Assembly: GCA_017561715.1 (NCBI GenBank)
Contig: JAFZBN010000011.1
Location: forward strand, 18,294 to 82,293
DNA: 64,000 nt
Direction of reading: 5' to 3'
Source: Clostridiales bacterium
Lineage (GTDB): Bacteria > Bacillota > Clostridia > Saccharofermentanales > Saccharofermentanaceae
A program made the translations under genes and the position numbers. The notes beneath the pieces are model-generated. The model was not told the origin of the DNA and did not search any database. It saw only the letters and a list, made by a program, of their open reading frames with translations. Below are positions 18,426 to 27,863 of this stretch, in pieces; within the stretch, counting starts at the first letter, position 1; each line of letters starts with the position of its first letter.

Positions 18426-19115
18426 ATGTCTGAAAATACGAGCCCGGCTAAGCCTTCCTCTGAGAAGAAAAATGCCGGTCCTAAAAAAGTGCCCATGAAA
18501 AAGAACGCACCGCTGATCTTAACGATCATCGAGTGCGTCCTCTTTGGTGTACTTTCCACGATCAATATCTTTGCGGTACATGCGCTTTCCGAGCTGGATC
18601 CGTACTATAAACTTTACTACTTCATCTCTATTCTCGGATTTCTCGCGATGGCGCTGATGATCGTCGCCTACTTTAAAAAGTGGCTCGGCATCCAGCTTCT
18701 TTCCGTCATCGGTGTTCTCATCTGGACCACGTACGCTGCGGCCACGATCTTAAGCTGCGTCATGACGACCAAGGTCATCAAGATGGAAAAGCCTTTCCGC
18801 GAATCGGAAATGTATGTGGTATTTAACGGAACGCTTTATCAGTGGGAGGGCGAGACCGTCATCTACAATCTTCCGACCGACTGGGAAGACTACGACCTTC
18901 GTGCAACGATCGAATCCAGAGATGACAGTAAGATCCCGACCGAGGAACTGCACAGCAAAGGCATCCCGGAAGGTTCCATGATCTTCTACCAGGACGGTTA
19001 TAAGTACATTCTTGTGGAAGTTTGCACGGGATCTCTTTTCGAATTCATCGATCCGAACGATCCGCCGACGGAACCGATCTCCACGAAGACACAGTCCGCA
19101 GGTTTCGGAATCTGA
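18426..19115 (+). CDS. Membrane protein, unknown function
   Basis: 229 aa. Lys-rich N-terminus, four hydrophobic segments, then a soluble C-terminal domain. RBS AAGGAG upstream. Confidence 0.6.
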   Translation: MSENTSPAKPSSEKKNAGPKKVPMKKNAPLILTIIECVLFGVLSTINIFAVHALSELDPYYKLYYFISILGFLAMALMIVAYFKKWLGIQLLSVIGVLIWTTYAAATILSCVMTTKVIKMEKPFRESEMYVVFNGTLYQWEGETVIYNLPTDWEDYDLRATIESRDDSKIPTEELHSKGIPEGSMIFYQDGYKYILVEVCTGSLFEFIDPNDPPTEPISTKTQSAGFGI

Positions 19116-20252
19116 TCAGGATTCGACAAAACCATCCATCATCCAGACTTCAAGATCCGGCTCGCCATCTGTATGGCAGTCGGATGTTCTTTTTGACATG
19201 TATCTGACGGCGGCAAAGAAATCAGACGGATCATAATCAGCCATAACACCGCCGCAGTTCTTGCCGTTTCCGTCTCCCTTATGGATGAAAGCAAGCTTGA
19301 TCGCGGTCTCACCGTCAGCCGGGGTTCCGTCCGCGTTGTAGCTATACTGCGCCGGAAGGGACATGATCCTCTCCTTCATCTTCTCACGGCTCTCAAGATC
19401 CTCGAGGAAGTAGACATACGGGTCGATCGCCTCATTACGGATGAGATTTACTTTGATCATGTTGTACGGGAGAACGGAATAATGCTCCGCTTCGTATTCC
19501 GCCAGACGGACAGTGTACTCGTCGTTATCGTAGTATTCGGTCGTCTTACTGACCTTCATGCCGCCGAAAGATTCCGGGATCTTGTAATCCGCCTCGGTTC
19601 CGAAATACGCAAATGCCATCATCGTGTTGTCGAACATGGCCTTGTAGTAGAAGCCGGAAGCGTTCTTGTCTTTAAACGTGACATAGCTCTTAAGCGCCGC
19701 CTGTCCGTAGTTTTCCGGAAGGACAAATGTCTTATCGGACATGCCCTCACCGACGAGAGTAACGTATTGGCCGAGTTTTACCGTCTTTACCGAAGATTTA
19801 AAAGCATCGTCATCGATCGTTTCGACACGCGCGCCGAAGATCGTGTCCGGAATGGTGACTTCCTCGGAGCTTTTCGAGCAGGACTCGATCACAACGTGCG
19901 CCGGAGTATATTCCTGCTTGAGGTAAAGTGTATAGGAATAGCCGTGGAACGGGTCAAACTTGACGTGCCAGGCTTTCTTGGAAAAGTCATAGCTCGCGAT
20001 CAAGGTGAAGAACAAGATCGCGATAAGAGCGATCGAACCGACGATGATGCCCGCGACCTTCAGATGGTGCTCGACCATGCGTCTATAGGCGCTCTTCTTC
20101 TTTTTCTTCTTTTTTCCGCTTGTGGATTTTGAAGGTGTCTGCGTTTTTTTCGGCTCTGGCTTTTTTTCAGAAGGAGCCTCTTCCTTCACGGTTTCAGCAA
20201 CGTTCTCTTCTTTATTTTCCTGATCTAAGATCTTCTTTTCTTCGTCTGCCAC
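19116..20252 (-). CDS. Membrane-anchored hypothetical protein with a Lys/Glu-rich N-terminal tail
   Basis: 378 aa. Charged N-terminus (GKKKKKKKS), a single TM segment (VAGIIVGSIALIAILFFTLIA), then a large extracytoplasmic domain. No family recognised with confidence. Confidence 0.6.
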   Translation of the reverse strand: MADEEKKILDQENKEENVAETVKEEAPSEKKPEPKKTQTPSKSTSGKKKKKKKSAYRRMVEHHLKVAGIIVGSIALIAILFFTLIASYDFSKKAWHVKFDPFHGYSYTLYLKQEYTPAHVVIESCSKSSEEVTIPDTIFGARVETIDDDAFKSSVKTVKLGQYVTLVGEGMSDKTFVLPENYGQAALKSYVTFKDKNASGFYYKAMFDNTMMAFAYFGTEADYKIPESFGGMKVSKTTEYYDNDEYTVRLAEYEAEHYSVLPYNMIKVNLIRNEAIDPYVYFLEDLESREKMKERIMSLPAQYSYNADGTPADGETAIKLAFIHKGDGNGKNCGGVMADYDPSDFFAAVRYMSKRTSDCHTDGEPDLEVWMMDGFVES

Positions 20253-20311
20253 TTTTTCTATCTTCCTTTAACCAATTTACCTTATAGACTCGGCACGCGC
20301 CGCTTTCCTAT

Positions 20312-20887
20312 TTATACTACAAAATCGATCTTCTTTCCATCTACCGCCGCATCAACGAGTTCGTCATTTATATATGTAAGTTTAAGGGAGAATACATCTT
20401 CCCTTTCCTTAAGCAGCCGGAAAAAGATCTTGTCGCCCGGCCAGATCGGGAGTTCTTCGACCTTATCCTCGGCGATCCACACCAGTTCGCCTTCACTGCA
20501 GTCGGGAAGCTTTCCGTCCTTTTCTTCGGCAAAAGCACCTGTCCCGGGGACATTTCCCTCGTATCCGTCGCAGGTATAAAGGAACGTGATCTCGTCGATC
20601 TCGTCGATCACAAACGTGATGATCCCGCGAAGACGGAAAGATGTCATGGTGATTCCCGTCTCCTCTTTCACTTCACGGAGCACACATTCTTCCGGCGATT
20701 CTCCGTGTTCGAGATGTCCGCCGACACCGATGTACTTATCTTTATTGATGTCATTCTCTTTTTTCGTACGGTGCATCATCAAGATCCCTTGAGGTCCGTA
20801 AATATAACAGAGAGTAGTCTCGTAGCGGTTCATTTTCCTTGTATTCCTTCTCCCGTCGGGGTTTTCGGGTTTTTCTTCCGTTTTCAA
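20312..20887 (-). CDS. NUDIX hydrolase (MutT-like)
   Basis: Nudix box GVGGHLEHGESPEECVLREVKEETGI. The track start at 20887 is a TTG. The ATG at 20833 (MNRYETTLCYIYG) is an equally plausible start. Confidence 0.8.
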   Translation of the reverse strand: MKTEEKPENPDGRRNTRKMNRYETTLCYIYGPQGILMMHRTKKENDINKDKYIGVGGHLEHGESPEECVLREVKEETGITMTSFRLRGIITFVIDEIDEITFLYTCDGYEGNVPGTGAFAEEKDGKLPDCSEGELVWIAEDKVEELPIWPGDKIFFRLLKEREDVFSLKLTYINDELVDAAVDGKKIDFVV

Positions 20888-21063
20888 ATGAAAATCACTT
20901 TTTCAAATGAAAATCAAATGATCAAAAACCTTGTGTTCTTGCCGAGCGTTTATAGGATAACACATTTTTTTCTTGTATAAATAACGAACGACGCGACAAG
21001 TCCTTTTCCCAAGGTTAAATGGTATACTCTCTTTCGGAAAAACACAAAAAGGAGAAAGAACTT

Positions 21064-21837
21064 ATGAAGAATTATTTTGATCTCAAAGGACAAGTCGCAA
21101 TCGTTACCGGGTGCTCCACCGGACTGGGTGTTCAGATGGCAAAGGCACTGGCTAACCAGGGATGTAAGATCGTCGCAGTCGCTCGTCGTCAGGAAATGAT
21201 CGATGCTGTTGCTGAGCAGCTTAACAAGGATTACGGTGTTGAGACAATGGCAGTACGCTGCGATATCACAGACACAGATGCTGTAAACTCCATGGTTGAC
21301 TCCGTTCTCGAAAAGTTCGGCCGCGTAGACATCCTCATCAACAACGCAGGTACAGGCGCTGTTGCTCCGGCAGAAGACATCACAGACGAACAGTTTGATA
21401 ACGAAATGAGCATCGACCTCTTCGGTTCTTTCCGCGTGGCTCGTGCCGTAGCTAAGAAGCACATGATCGACGCAAAGTACGGTCGTATCATCAACATCGC
21501 TTCCATGTACGGTCTTGTTGGTAACAAGATCTGCGGTTCTGCTCCGTACCACGCTGCTAAGGGCGGTGTTGTTAACATGACACGCGCACTGGCTTCCGAA
21601 TGGGGCAAATATGGCATCACAGTTAACTCTATCTGCCCGGGTTACTTCTACACAGACCTTACCCGTGACACATTAAACAGCGATTTCTTCCAGCAGAACG
21701 CAAAGACGATGATCCCGGAAGAGCGCTATGGTGAAGAAGGCGAGCTCGATACAGCTGCTCTGTTCCTTGCTTCCAAAGAGTCTGCTTATGTTACCGGCGT
21801 AAACCTTCCGGTTGACGGCGGTTACACAGCAATGTGA
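21064..21837 (+). CDS. SDR family oxidoreductase
   Basis: MKNYFDLKGQVAIVTGCSTGLG (TGxxxGxG), NNAG, and Y-x3-K (YHAAKGG). The start at 21064 has AAGGAG upstream. Confidence 0.88.
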   Translation: MKNYFDLKGQVAIVTGCSTGLGVQMAKALANQGCKIVAVARRQEMIDAVAEQLNKDYGVETMAVRCDITDTDAVNSMVDSVLEKFGRVDILINNAGTGAVAPAEDITDEQFDNEMSIDLFGSFRVARAVAKKHMIDAKYGRIINIASMYGLVGNKICGSAPYHAAKGGVVNMTRALASEWGKYGITVNSICPGYFYTDLTRDTLNSDFFQQNAKTMIPEERYGEEGELDTAALFLASKESAYVTGVNLPVDGGYTAM

Positions 21838-21873
21838 TTCAACTTAACCATCTCGTCCTGATAATATATCCCT

Positions 21874-21946
21874 AAAAAACCCTATCACGTGATATGGATC
21901 TTAAAGCTACCCCCTACACTTCAAGATCCGCGTGATAGGGTTTTTC
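21874..21946 (+). terminator. Long-stem intrinsic terminator downstream of the SDR gene
   Basis: Outer stem ACCCTATCACG (21879..21889) pairs with CGTGATAGGGT (21931..21941). Inner stem GGATCTT pairs with AAGATCC. A TTTTT tract follows. Confidence 0.7.
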
Positions 21947-22029
21947 CTTTGAAAAAAACGCTCATCCGAGGTACTATGGAAGTATAAGAAATCACTGATT
22001 TCGTGCATATGTCAGAGAGGAGTGAGTTT

Positions 22030-23643
22030 ATGAATTTCCTTCTTGTCGCGATCAATGCAAAATACATACATTCCAATCCCGCCGTGCACTCCCTTCGTGC
22101 CGTGGCCGACCGCGTTTATTTCGGCGCGACGTCGCTTTATGAAACGACGATCAATAACCCGATCCACAATACACTTTCCGACATCTGTGACCAAAGACCG
22201 GATGCCATCGGGATCTCCACATATATCTGGAATATCGACGCCGTGAAAAAACTTCTTTCCGATCTTCCGAAAGTCCTTCCGGATACGGATATCTGGCTTG
22301 GGGGACCTGAAGTATCCTATCACTATGAAAAGATCTTCGAAGAATACCCTTGTGTCCGCGGCATCTTCGTCGGCGAGGGGGAAACGGCATTTACAAGAGT
22401 CGTCGGAGAATACTGCCGCTCGATGAGTTTCATTTCCGAAGAAGGCGACGATACGATCAACATCAGTAAACCCGTTCTCGGAAAACCCGACTTCACCAAT
22501 ATCCCGAACGTCGCACTGCGCGAGCGTCCGAGCGTCATCAAGCAGGAATTGATGGACATGGATTCCCTTCCCTTCATCTACGAGGAGGGCATGCGTGATT
22601 TTGACAACCGCATCGTCTACTATGAATCCTCAAGAGGATGTCCTTTCCGCTGCAGCTACTGCCTCTCCTCTGTCGAAAAGACCGTCCGCTACAGAAGCCT
22701 GCCGTTTGTATTCCGCGAGATCCAGTTCTTCCTTGACGAAGAGATCCCGCAGGTCAAGTTCATCGACAGGACCTTTAACAGCGACAAAGACAGAACGAAA
22801 GCCATCTGGAACTATATCCTCGAGCACGATAACGGAAAGACCAATTTCCATTTTGAGATCGCCGCCGAGCTGATGGATAAAGAAGAGATCGATATCTTAA
22901 GAAAGATGAGACCGGGGCAGATCAAACTGGAGATCGGCGTTCAGACGACAAACCAGGATACGCTGCTTGCCGTCAACCGTCCTTCGAAGATCCATAAGAT
23001 CGAAAAGGTTGCACAGGAGCTTTCGAAAACAGGAACGATCCACATCCATCTCGACCTGATCGCAGGTCTTCCCTACGAAGGCTACCGAAGTTTCCGAAAT
23101 TCCTTTAACGATGTCTACGCGCTTGCTCCGACGCAGCTGCAGCTGGGCTTTCTTAAGGTCCTGAAAGGCTCCCCGATCGAAAAGGACTGCGAGAAATTCT
23201 CCATCGTCCGATCCGACGATGCCCCGTATGAAGTGCTTTCCACAAGGTGGCTGAGATTCGACGAGCTTTGCAATCTGAAGCACATCGAGGAAATGGTCGA
23301 ACTTTTCTATAACAGTCATCAGTTCGACCAGACACTGCCTGCGGTCGAAAAAGCCTTCGAGACGCCGTTTGATATGTATGCCGCGCTCGCGGATTTCTAT
23401 AAGCAGAAAAACTACTTCACGATCACGCCGGCAAGATCTCGCCGTTACGAGATCCTTCTGCAGTTCGTCGAAGAAAGAACGACGCTTTACGAAGAAGAGA
23501 TCCGAGAGCTCCTGACGCTCGACTACTATCTTCGCGAAGAACCCAAGAGCCGTCCGGACTTCGTCAAAGTCCCGCCGGAAAAGGGCCGCATCGACACGAC
23601 GCAGAGAGATCCGATCACGGGGAACTTCTATCTTCTTAAGTAA
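22030..23643 (+). CDS. B12-binding-domain radical SAM protein with a DUF4080-type C-terminus
   Basis: MNFLLVAINAKYIHSNPAVHSL is the B12-binding-like N-terminus. The radical SAM cluster motif is SSRGCPFRCSYC. The start at 22030 has GAGAGGAG upstream. Confidence 0.85.
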   Translation: MNFLLVAINAKYIHSNPAVHSLRAVADRVYFGATSLYETTINNPIHNTLSDICDQRPDAIGISTYIWNIDAVKKLLSDLPKVLPDTDIWLGGPEVSYHYEKIFEEYPCVRGIFVGEGETAFTRVVGEYCRSMSFISEEGDDTINISKPVLGKPDFTNIPNVALRERPSVIKQELMDMDSLPFIYEEGMRDFDNRIVYYESSRGCPFRCSYCLSSVEKTVRYRSLPFVFREIQFFLDEEIPQVKFIDRTFNSDKDRTKAIWNYILEHDNGKTNFHFEIAAELMDKEEIDILRKMRPGQIKLEIGVQTTNQDTLLAVNRPSKIHKIEKVAQELSKTGTIHIHLDLIAGLPYEGYRSFRNSFNDVYALAPTQLQLGFLKVLKGSPIEKDCEKFSIVRSDDAPYEVLSTRWLRFDELCNLKHIEEMVELFYNSHQFDQTLPAVEKAFETPFDMYAALADFYKQKNYFTITPARSRRYEILLQFVEERTTLYEEEIRELLTLDYYLREEPKSRPDFVKVPPEKGRIDTTQRDPITGNFYLLK

Positions 23644-23695
23644 TGTTTTTATCGAAGACGAGTTCTTTCGTCGAATAGTGCTTTTCGAGAAGAAT

Positions 23696-23728
23696 AAAAA
23701 GGACTGCCCAAACGGACAGTCCTTTTCG
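23696..23728. terminator. Bidirectional terminator between the convergent radical-SAM and putP genes
   Basis: AAAAAGGACTGCCCAAACGGACAGTCCTTTT. The stem is GGACTG/CAGTCC plus CC/GG, flanked by A- and T-runs. Confidence 0.7.
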
Positions 23729-23749
23729 TTTGCTTGGTAAAAGATACGA

Positions 23750-25303
23750 TCAGGCGTTCTCTTTGCACTCCGCTTTAACAGCGTCGAAGGTCTCGACGAT
23801 CTTTTCTTCCGGAGCCTTGGTGATCAGGCTGAAAACTACGATGAAGATGCTGGCGATGATGAATGCCGGCAGAAGTTCGTAGATGTTCAGGATCGTGTCG
23901 GAGAATACGTCACGGATGACGAACTTCCAGACGAAGATCGTTGTACCGCCGGAGATCATACCGGCGATCGCGCCCCACTTGTTCGTTCTCTTCCAGAACA
24001 GACCGAAAAGAACCAGCGGTCCGAATACGGCGCCGAAGCCTGCCCATGCGAAGGATACGATACGGAATACGGAGCTGCTCGGGTCGAGTGCCAGGAATAC
24101 CGCGATCACGGAGATCACGATAACGCAGATACGAGCGAGCCACATGCCGGCTTTCTCGGACAGTTTCTTTCCGAATGTCTCCTGAACGAGGTTCTGGGAG
24201 ATGGAAGAAGCCGCGGCGAGGAGCTGGGAGTCAGCGGTGGACATTGTGGAAGCAAGGATACCCGCGAGGATGACACCACCGACGAAAGCCGGGATGTAAC
24301 CGTGAGATGCGATCCACTTCGCAACGTCAACGATGATGGTCTCTGCAGCGGATGCGTTCTCATAGGAAGGAGCGATACCATTCTGCACGAGAGAATAACC
24401 TACGATACCGATAAGTACGGCGATCGCCATGGAGAAGACGACCCATACGGAAGCCACACGGCGGGAGAGCTTAAGCTTCTTCTTATCTTCGATCGCCATG
24501 AAGCGAAGGAGAATGTGCGGCATACCAAAGTAACCGAGACCCCAAGCAAGCGTCGAGGCAACAGGAAGCGCCCCGTAACTGCCGGTCGTTCCGTCGGCTA
24601 CGTTAAAGCCCTTGAATACGTCCATGTAACCGTCAAGGTTCTTTACATTGGAGAATACATTTCCGAAACCGTTGGTAACTGCCTCACCTACACCGAGAAC
24701 GACCAGGAGTGCGACCGTCATGATGATGGACTGGATAAAGTCCGTGGTGGACGCGGCGAGGAATCCGCCGAGTGTGCAGTAAAGAACGATTACGCATGCA
24801 CTGATGATCATGGCCGATTCATAGGACACATCAAACAGTGAGGAGAAAAGCTTACCGCAGGCGGCAAAACCGGAAGCGGTATATGGGATGAAGAACACAA
24901 CGATGAACAAAGCCGCGATCAAGGTGATGATGTGCTTGTCATCGCCGAAGCGCTTACTGAAAAAGTCAGGAAGCGTAACTGCCTCGACCTTGCTCGTATA
25001 GACGCGGAGCCTCTTGGCGACAAACAGCCAGTTGAGATAGGTTCCGACGGCAAGTCCGAGCGCCGTCCAGAAGGCTTCCGGAATACCTGTCATGAGAGCA
25101 ACCGCCGGAAGACCCATCAGGAGCCAGGAGCTCATGTCGGAAGCCTCCGCGCTCATCGCGGTGACGATCGGGCCGAGCTTTCTGCCGCCAAGGTAGAAGT
25201 CGTCCGTGTTCTTGTTTTTCTTGCTGAAAAGAGCGCCGATAACGATCATCATAATGAGATAGAGACCGATGGCGATCATAATAACAATATTTGTTGTTGA
25301 CAT
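23750..25303 (-). CDS. putP: Sodium/solute symporter family, PutP-like sodium:proline symporter
   Basis: 517 aa, about 13 TM segments. N-terminal FSKKNKNTDDFYLGGRKLGPIVTAMSAEASDMSSWLLMGLP is the typical SSF/PutP signature. Confidence 0.8.
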   Translation of the reverse strand: MSTTNIVIMIAIGLYLIMMIVIGALFSKKNKNTDDFYLGGRKLGPIVTAMSAEASDMSSWLLMGLPAVALMTGIPEAFWTALGLAVGTYLNWLFVAKRLRVYTSKVEAVTLPDFFSKRFGDDKHIITLIAALFIVVFFIPYTASGFAACGKLFSSLFDVSYESAMIISACVIVLYCTLGGFLAASTTDFIQSIIMTVALLVVLGVGEAVTNGFGNVFSNVKNLDGYMDVFKGFNVADGTTGSYGALPVASTLAWGLGYFGMPHILLRFMAIEDKKKLKLSRRVASVWVVFSMAIAVLIGIVGYSLVQNGIAPSYENASAAETIIVDVAKWIASHGYIPAFVGGVILAGILASTMSTADSQLLAAASSISQNLVQETFGKKLSEKAGMWLARICVIVISVIAVFLALDPSSSVFRIVSFAWAGFGAVFGPLVLFGLFWKRTNKWGAIAGMISGGTTIFVWKFVIRDVFSDTILNIYELLPAFIIASIFIVVFSLITKAPEEKIVETFDAVKAECKENA

Positions 25304-25424
25304 ATGATTTACCCCCCTCTACTTAACAACAGTTTTATAGTATCAAAGACGGGGGCGGAATTCCAGCGGTTCTGCGCACATGCAGGGACGTTTTTCACGT
25401 TTTTTCACTTCGCGAAAAGCACCG

Positions 25425-27689
25425 TTACTCGACCTGAAGTTCGACGATCTTACCATCCTTCCACTCGAGGACTTTCAAAGTCTTACCTCCGCGCAGGCAA
25501 AGTCCCTCGACGCGGCCGTGCTTTTTCCACGCTTCGGGAAGCGCGGGAAGATAGCGGATCTCTTCTTCGTGGCTCTGCACCAGCATCTCGGCGATTCCTG
25601 CTGTCGCGCCGAAGTTTCCGTCGATCTGAAACGGCGGGTGATCGTCAAAAAGATTCGGAAGCGTCTGCTTATGGATCAGCGTCATCAGGTTCTCAAAGGC
25701 CTTCTCCCCTTCGCCGAGGCGCGCGTACATGTTGATGATCCACGCGCGGCTCCAGCCCGAGTGACCGCCGCCGAAAGATAGTCTTCTTTCGATCGTTTTC
25801 TTTGCCGCCTCGAAAAGCTCCGGTGTCTTGTCCTTACTGATCTGCGTTCCGGGATAGAGCGCAAAGAGCTGGGAGATGTGCCTGTGACCGGGCTCATCTT
25901 CTTCGTAGTCCTCATTCCATTCCATGATCTGCCCATGCTTTCCGATCGTGATCGGAGCGATGCGGGAAAGGACTTCTTCCGCCCGAGGAGTAATCGGATC
26001 GAAGGTCGGAACCACATCTGAGTCGACAGCGGAATCCTCATTCATCACAGCAACAGAGGATGCCTGCCCAAGTGCTTTTTCCGCGGAAATACAGGCATTC
26101 AGAAGTTCTCTGATGATCTGGTTATCCATCGACGCGCCCTTACAGATCACGCCTTTTTCACCGTTTGGAAGGATGTAGGTATTTTCCGGAGAAAGCGTCG
26201 GGCAGGTCACCAGGTATTTGCCGTCATCGATCAGATAGTCCATGACGAACTCGGCGGCCTCTTTCATGAGCGGATAGTTGTCTTTCAGAAACGAAATATC
26301 CTTTGTGAAAAGATACTGCTCCCAGACGTGAAGCGCGAGCCAGGCGCCGCCCATGACCCAGTAGGTCGAGCTGATGCAGATATCCTGCGGCGCGGTATCG
26401 CCCCAGATATCCGTGTTATGGTGCGCGACGAAACCCTTGCAGCCGTACATCTTCTCTGCCGTGACCCTGCCGTTTTCGCGAATGCGGTAAAGGAGCGAGA
26501 TCAAAGGCTCCTGGCATTCGGCAAGGTTCGTGAGCATCGCCGGCCAGTAGTTCATCTCGGTATTGATATTGATCGTAAAGCGGCTTCCCCACATCGGAGT
26601 AAAGTCCTGATTCCAGATCCCCTGTAGGTTCAGCGGCAGAGAACCGGGGCGAGAGCCTGCGATCATCAGGTATCGGCCGAACTGGAAGAACCGCTCGACC
26701 TCTTCCTGTCCGTCGATCTGAAGTTTTACCCGATCGTAAAGAGACTTGTGATCGGAAAGATGCTCGGAATAAAGGCTCTCCCACAAAGCCGAAGGATCTG
26801 TCTGATACGAAGCGACATCCTCCAAGCGTTTCAGGACCGACATAGCCGGATCTTCTTCACGGAAAGAGGTATCCGCGCAAAGTATAAGGAGCGCTTCGTC
26901 CGCGTGTAAGATGCGGGTCGTATTGCCGATCACTTCGACGGTACCGCCTTTGGAAATGACCTTCACGCCGCAGGCCATCTTCACTCCGCCCGCGCCTCCG
27001 GCTGTCGCTTCCATCAGCTGGACGTTTCCCGGCTTTGCCGTGATGCTGTCACAGAATCCTGTATATGCCTGTCGTCTTAATGTCTGTTTCTGATACGGGA
27101 TCTCTTCCCAGGGCTTTCCCGGGTTTCTTCCGAGCTGCGCGTGAAAGCTCAGCGCACCGGGCGTATCCGCCGTAAGATGGATGAGCATCGCGTTTTGCGG
27201 GAAGCTCGCGATCACTTGTCGGGTATATTTCACATCGGCGGGTTCGCCATGATCCGAAGCACTGCCCGCAGACGAACCTCGTATCACAAAGCTCGTCGTG
27301 ACCGTCGCGGTCTGAAGATCGAGTTCACGACTGTAATCGGAATATTCCGTTTCCTTCCCGTCGAATTCGATATAGAGATTTCCCAAAGGCTCGTAGTGAC
27401 GGGATTCCTCCGGAATACCCGAAAGCGCGAAGGTACAGAGTTCCTGTGCTTCAGCGATTTTTCCTTCGAGGATGAGTTTTCTGATCTTCGGAAGGTTTTC
27501 CAATGCAGACGGATTGTTTCGGTCCTGAGGGCCGCCGTACCAGACACTGTCTTCATTGAGCTGGATGCGTTCGGTAAAAGGAAGTCCGAACACCATGCCG
27601 CCGAGTCTTCCGTTTCCGATCGGAAGCGCCTCTTCCCATTCTTTTGCCGGGGAAGAAAAAGAAATCACGCGAGAAGTGCTTTTCGACAT
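25425..27689 (-). CDS. Glycoside hydrolase family 95 (alpha-L-fucosidase-like)
   Basis: 754 aa. The N-terminal [19 protein letters not shown]...[11 protein letters not shown] is the GH95 N-terminal signature. RBS GGAGG upstream. Confidence 0.85.
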   Translation of the reverse strand: MSKSTSRVISFSSPAKEWEEALPIGNGRLGGMVFGLPFTERIQLNEDSVWYGGPQDRNNPSALENLPKIRKLILEGKIAEAQELCTFALSGIPEESRHYEPLGNLYIEFDGKETEYSDYSRELDLQTATVTTSFVIRGSSAGSASDHGEPADVKYTRQVIASFPQNAMLIHLTADTPGALSFHAQLGRNPGKPWEEIPYQKQTLRRQAYTGFCDSITAKPGNVQLMEATAGGAGGVKMACGVKVISKGGTVEVIGNTTRILHADEALLILCADTSFREEDPAMSVLKRLEDVASYQTDPSALWESLYSEHLSDHKSLYDRVKLQIDGQEEVERFFQFGRYLMIAGSRPGSLPLNLQGIWNQDFTPMWGSRFTININTEMNYWPAMLTNLAECQEPLISLLYRIRENGRVTAEKMYGCKGFVAHHNTDIWGDTAPQDICISSTYWVMGGAWLALHVWEQYLFTKDISFLKDNYPLMKEAAEFVMDYLIDDGKYLVTCPTLSPENTYILPNGEKGVICKGASMDNQIIRELLNACISAEKALGQASSVAVMNEDSAVDSDVVPTFDPITPRAEEVLSRIAPITIGKHGQIMEWNEDYEEDEPGHRHISQLFALYPGTQISKDKTPELFEAAKKTIERRLSFGGGHSGWSRAWIINMYARLGEGEKAFENLMTLIHKQTLPNLFDDHPPFQIDGNFGATAGIAEMLVQSHEEEIRYLPALPEAWKKHGRVEGLCLRGGKTLKVLEWKDGKIVELQVE

Positions 27690-27769
27690 GTACGACCTCC
27701 AAAGAAAAACCTGCTACCATCTTACTACTTTTCGCGCGCGGGCGCACACGCACGTATTATATTATTTAT

Positions 27770-27799
27770 TTGTTATACCCACTCAAACTATGCTATAAT
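27770..27799 (+). promoter_or_regulatory. Candidate promoter of the YidC-like/TagF-like operon (TTGTTA, 18 nt, TGcTATAAT)
   Basis: -35 box TTGTTA at 27770..27775. Extended -10 TGCTATAAT, with TATAAT at 27794..27799, lies 64 nt upstream of the ATG at 27864. Confidence 0.5.
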
Positions 27800-27863
27800 C
27801 ATGTCTGTTCGTTTTGCCGTATGTCGGCAGAACGTTTTATCATGTGAGGAGAAAGTCTTTTAT

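Noticed and set aside
27141-27863. The N-terminal 241 codons of the 1169-aa track ORF.
   Set aside because: This part is antisense to the GH95 gene and its leader and has an Arg-rich composition. The promoter-like TTGTTA-18-TGcTATAAT and the RBS sit just before the ATG at 27864, where the YidC-like sequence begins.
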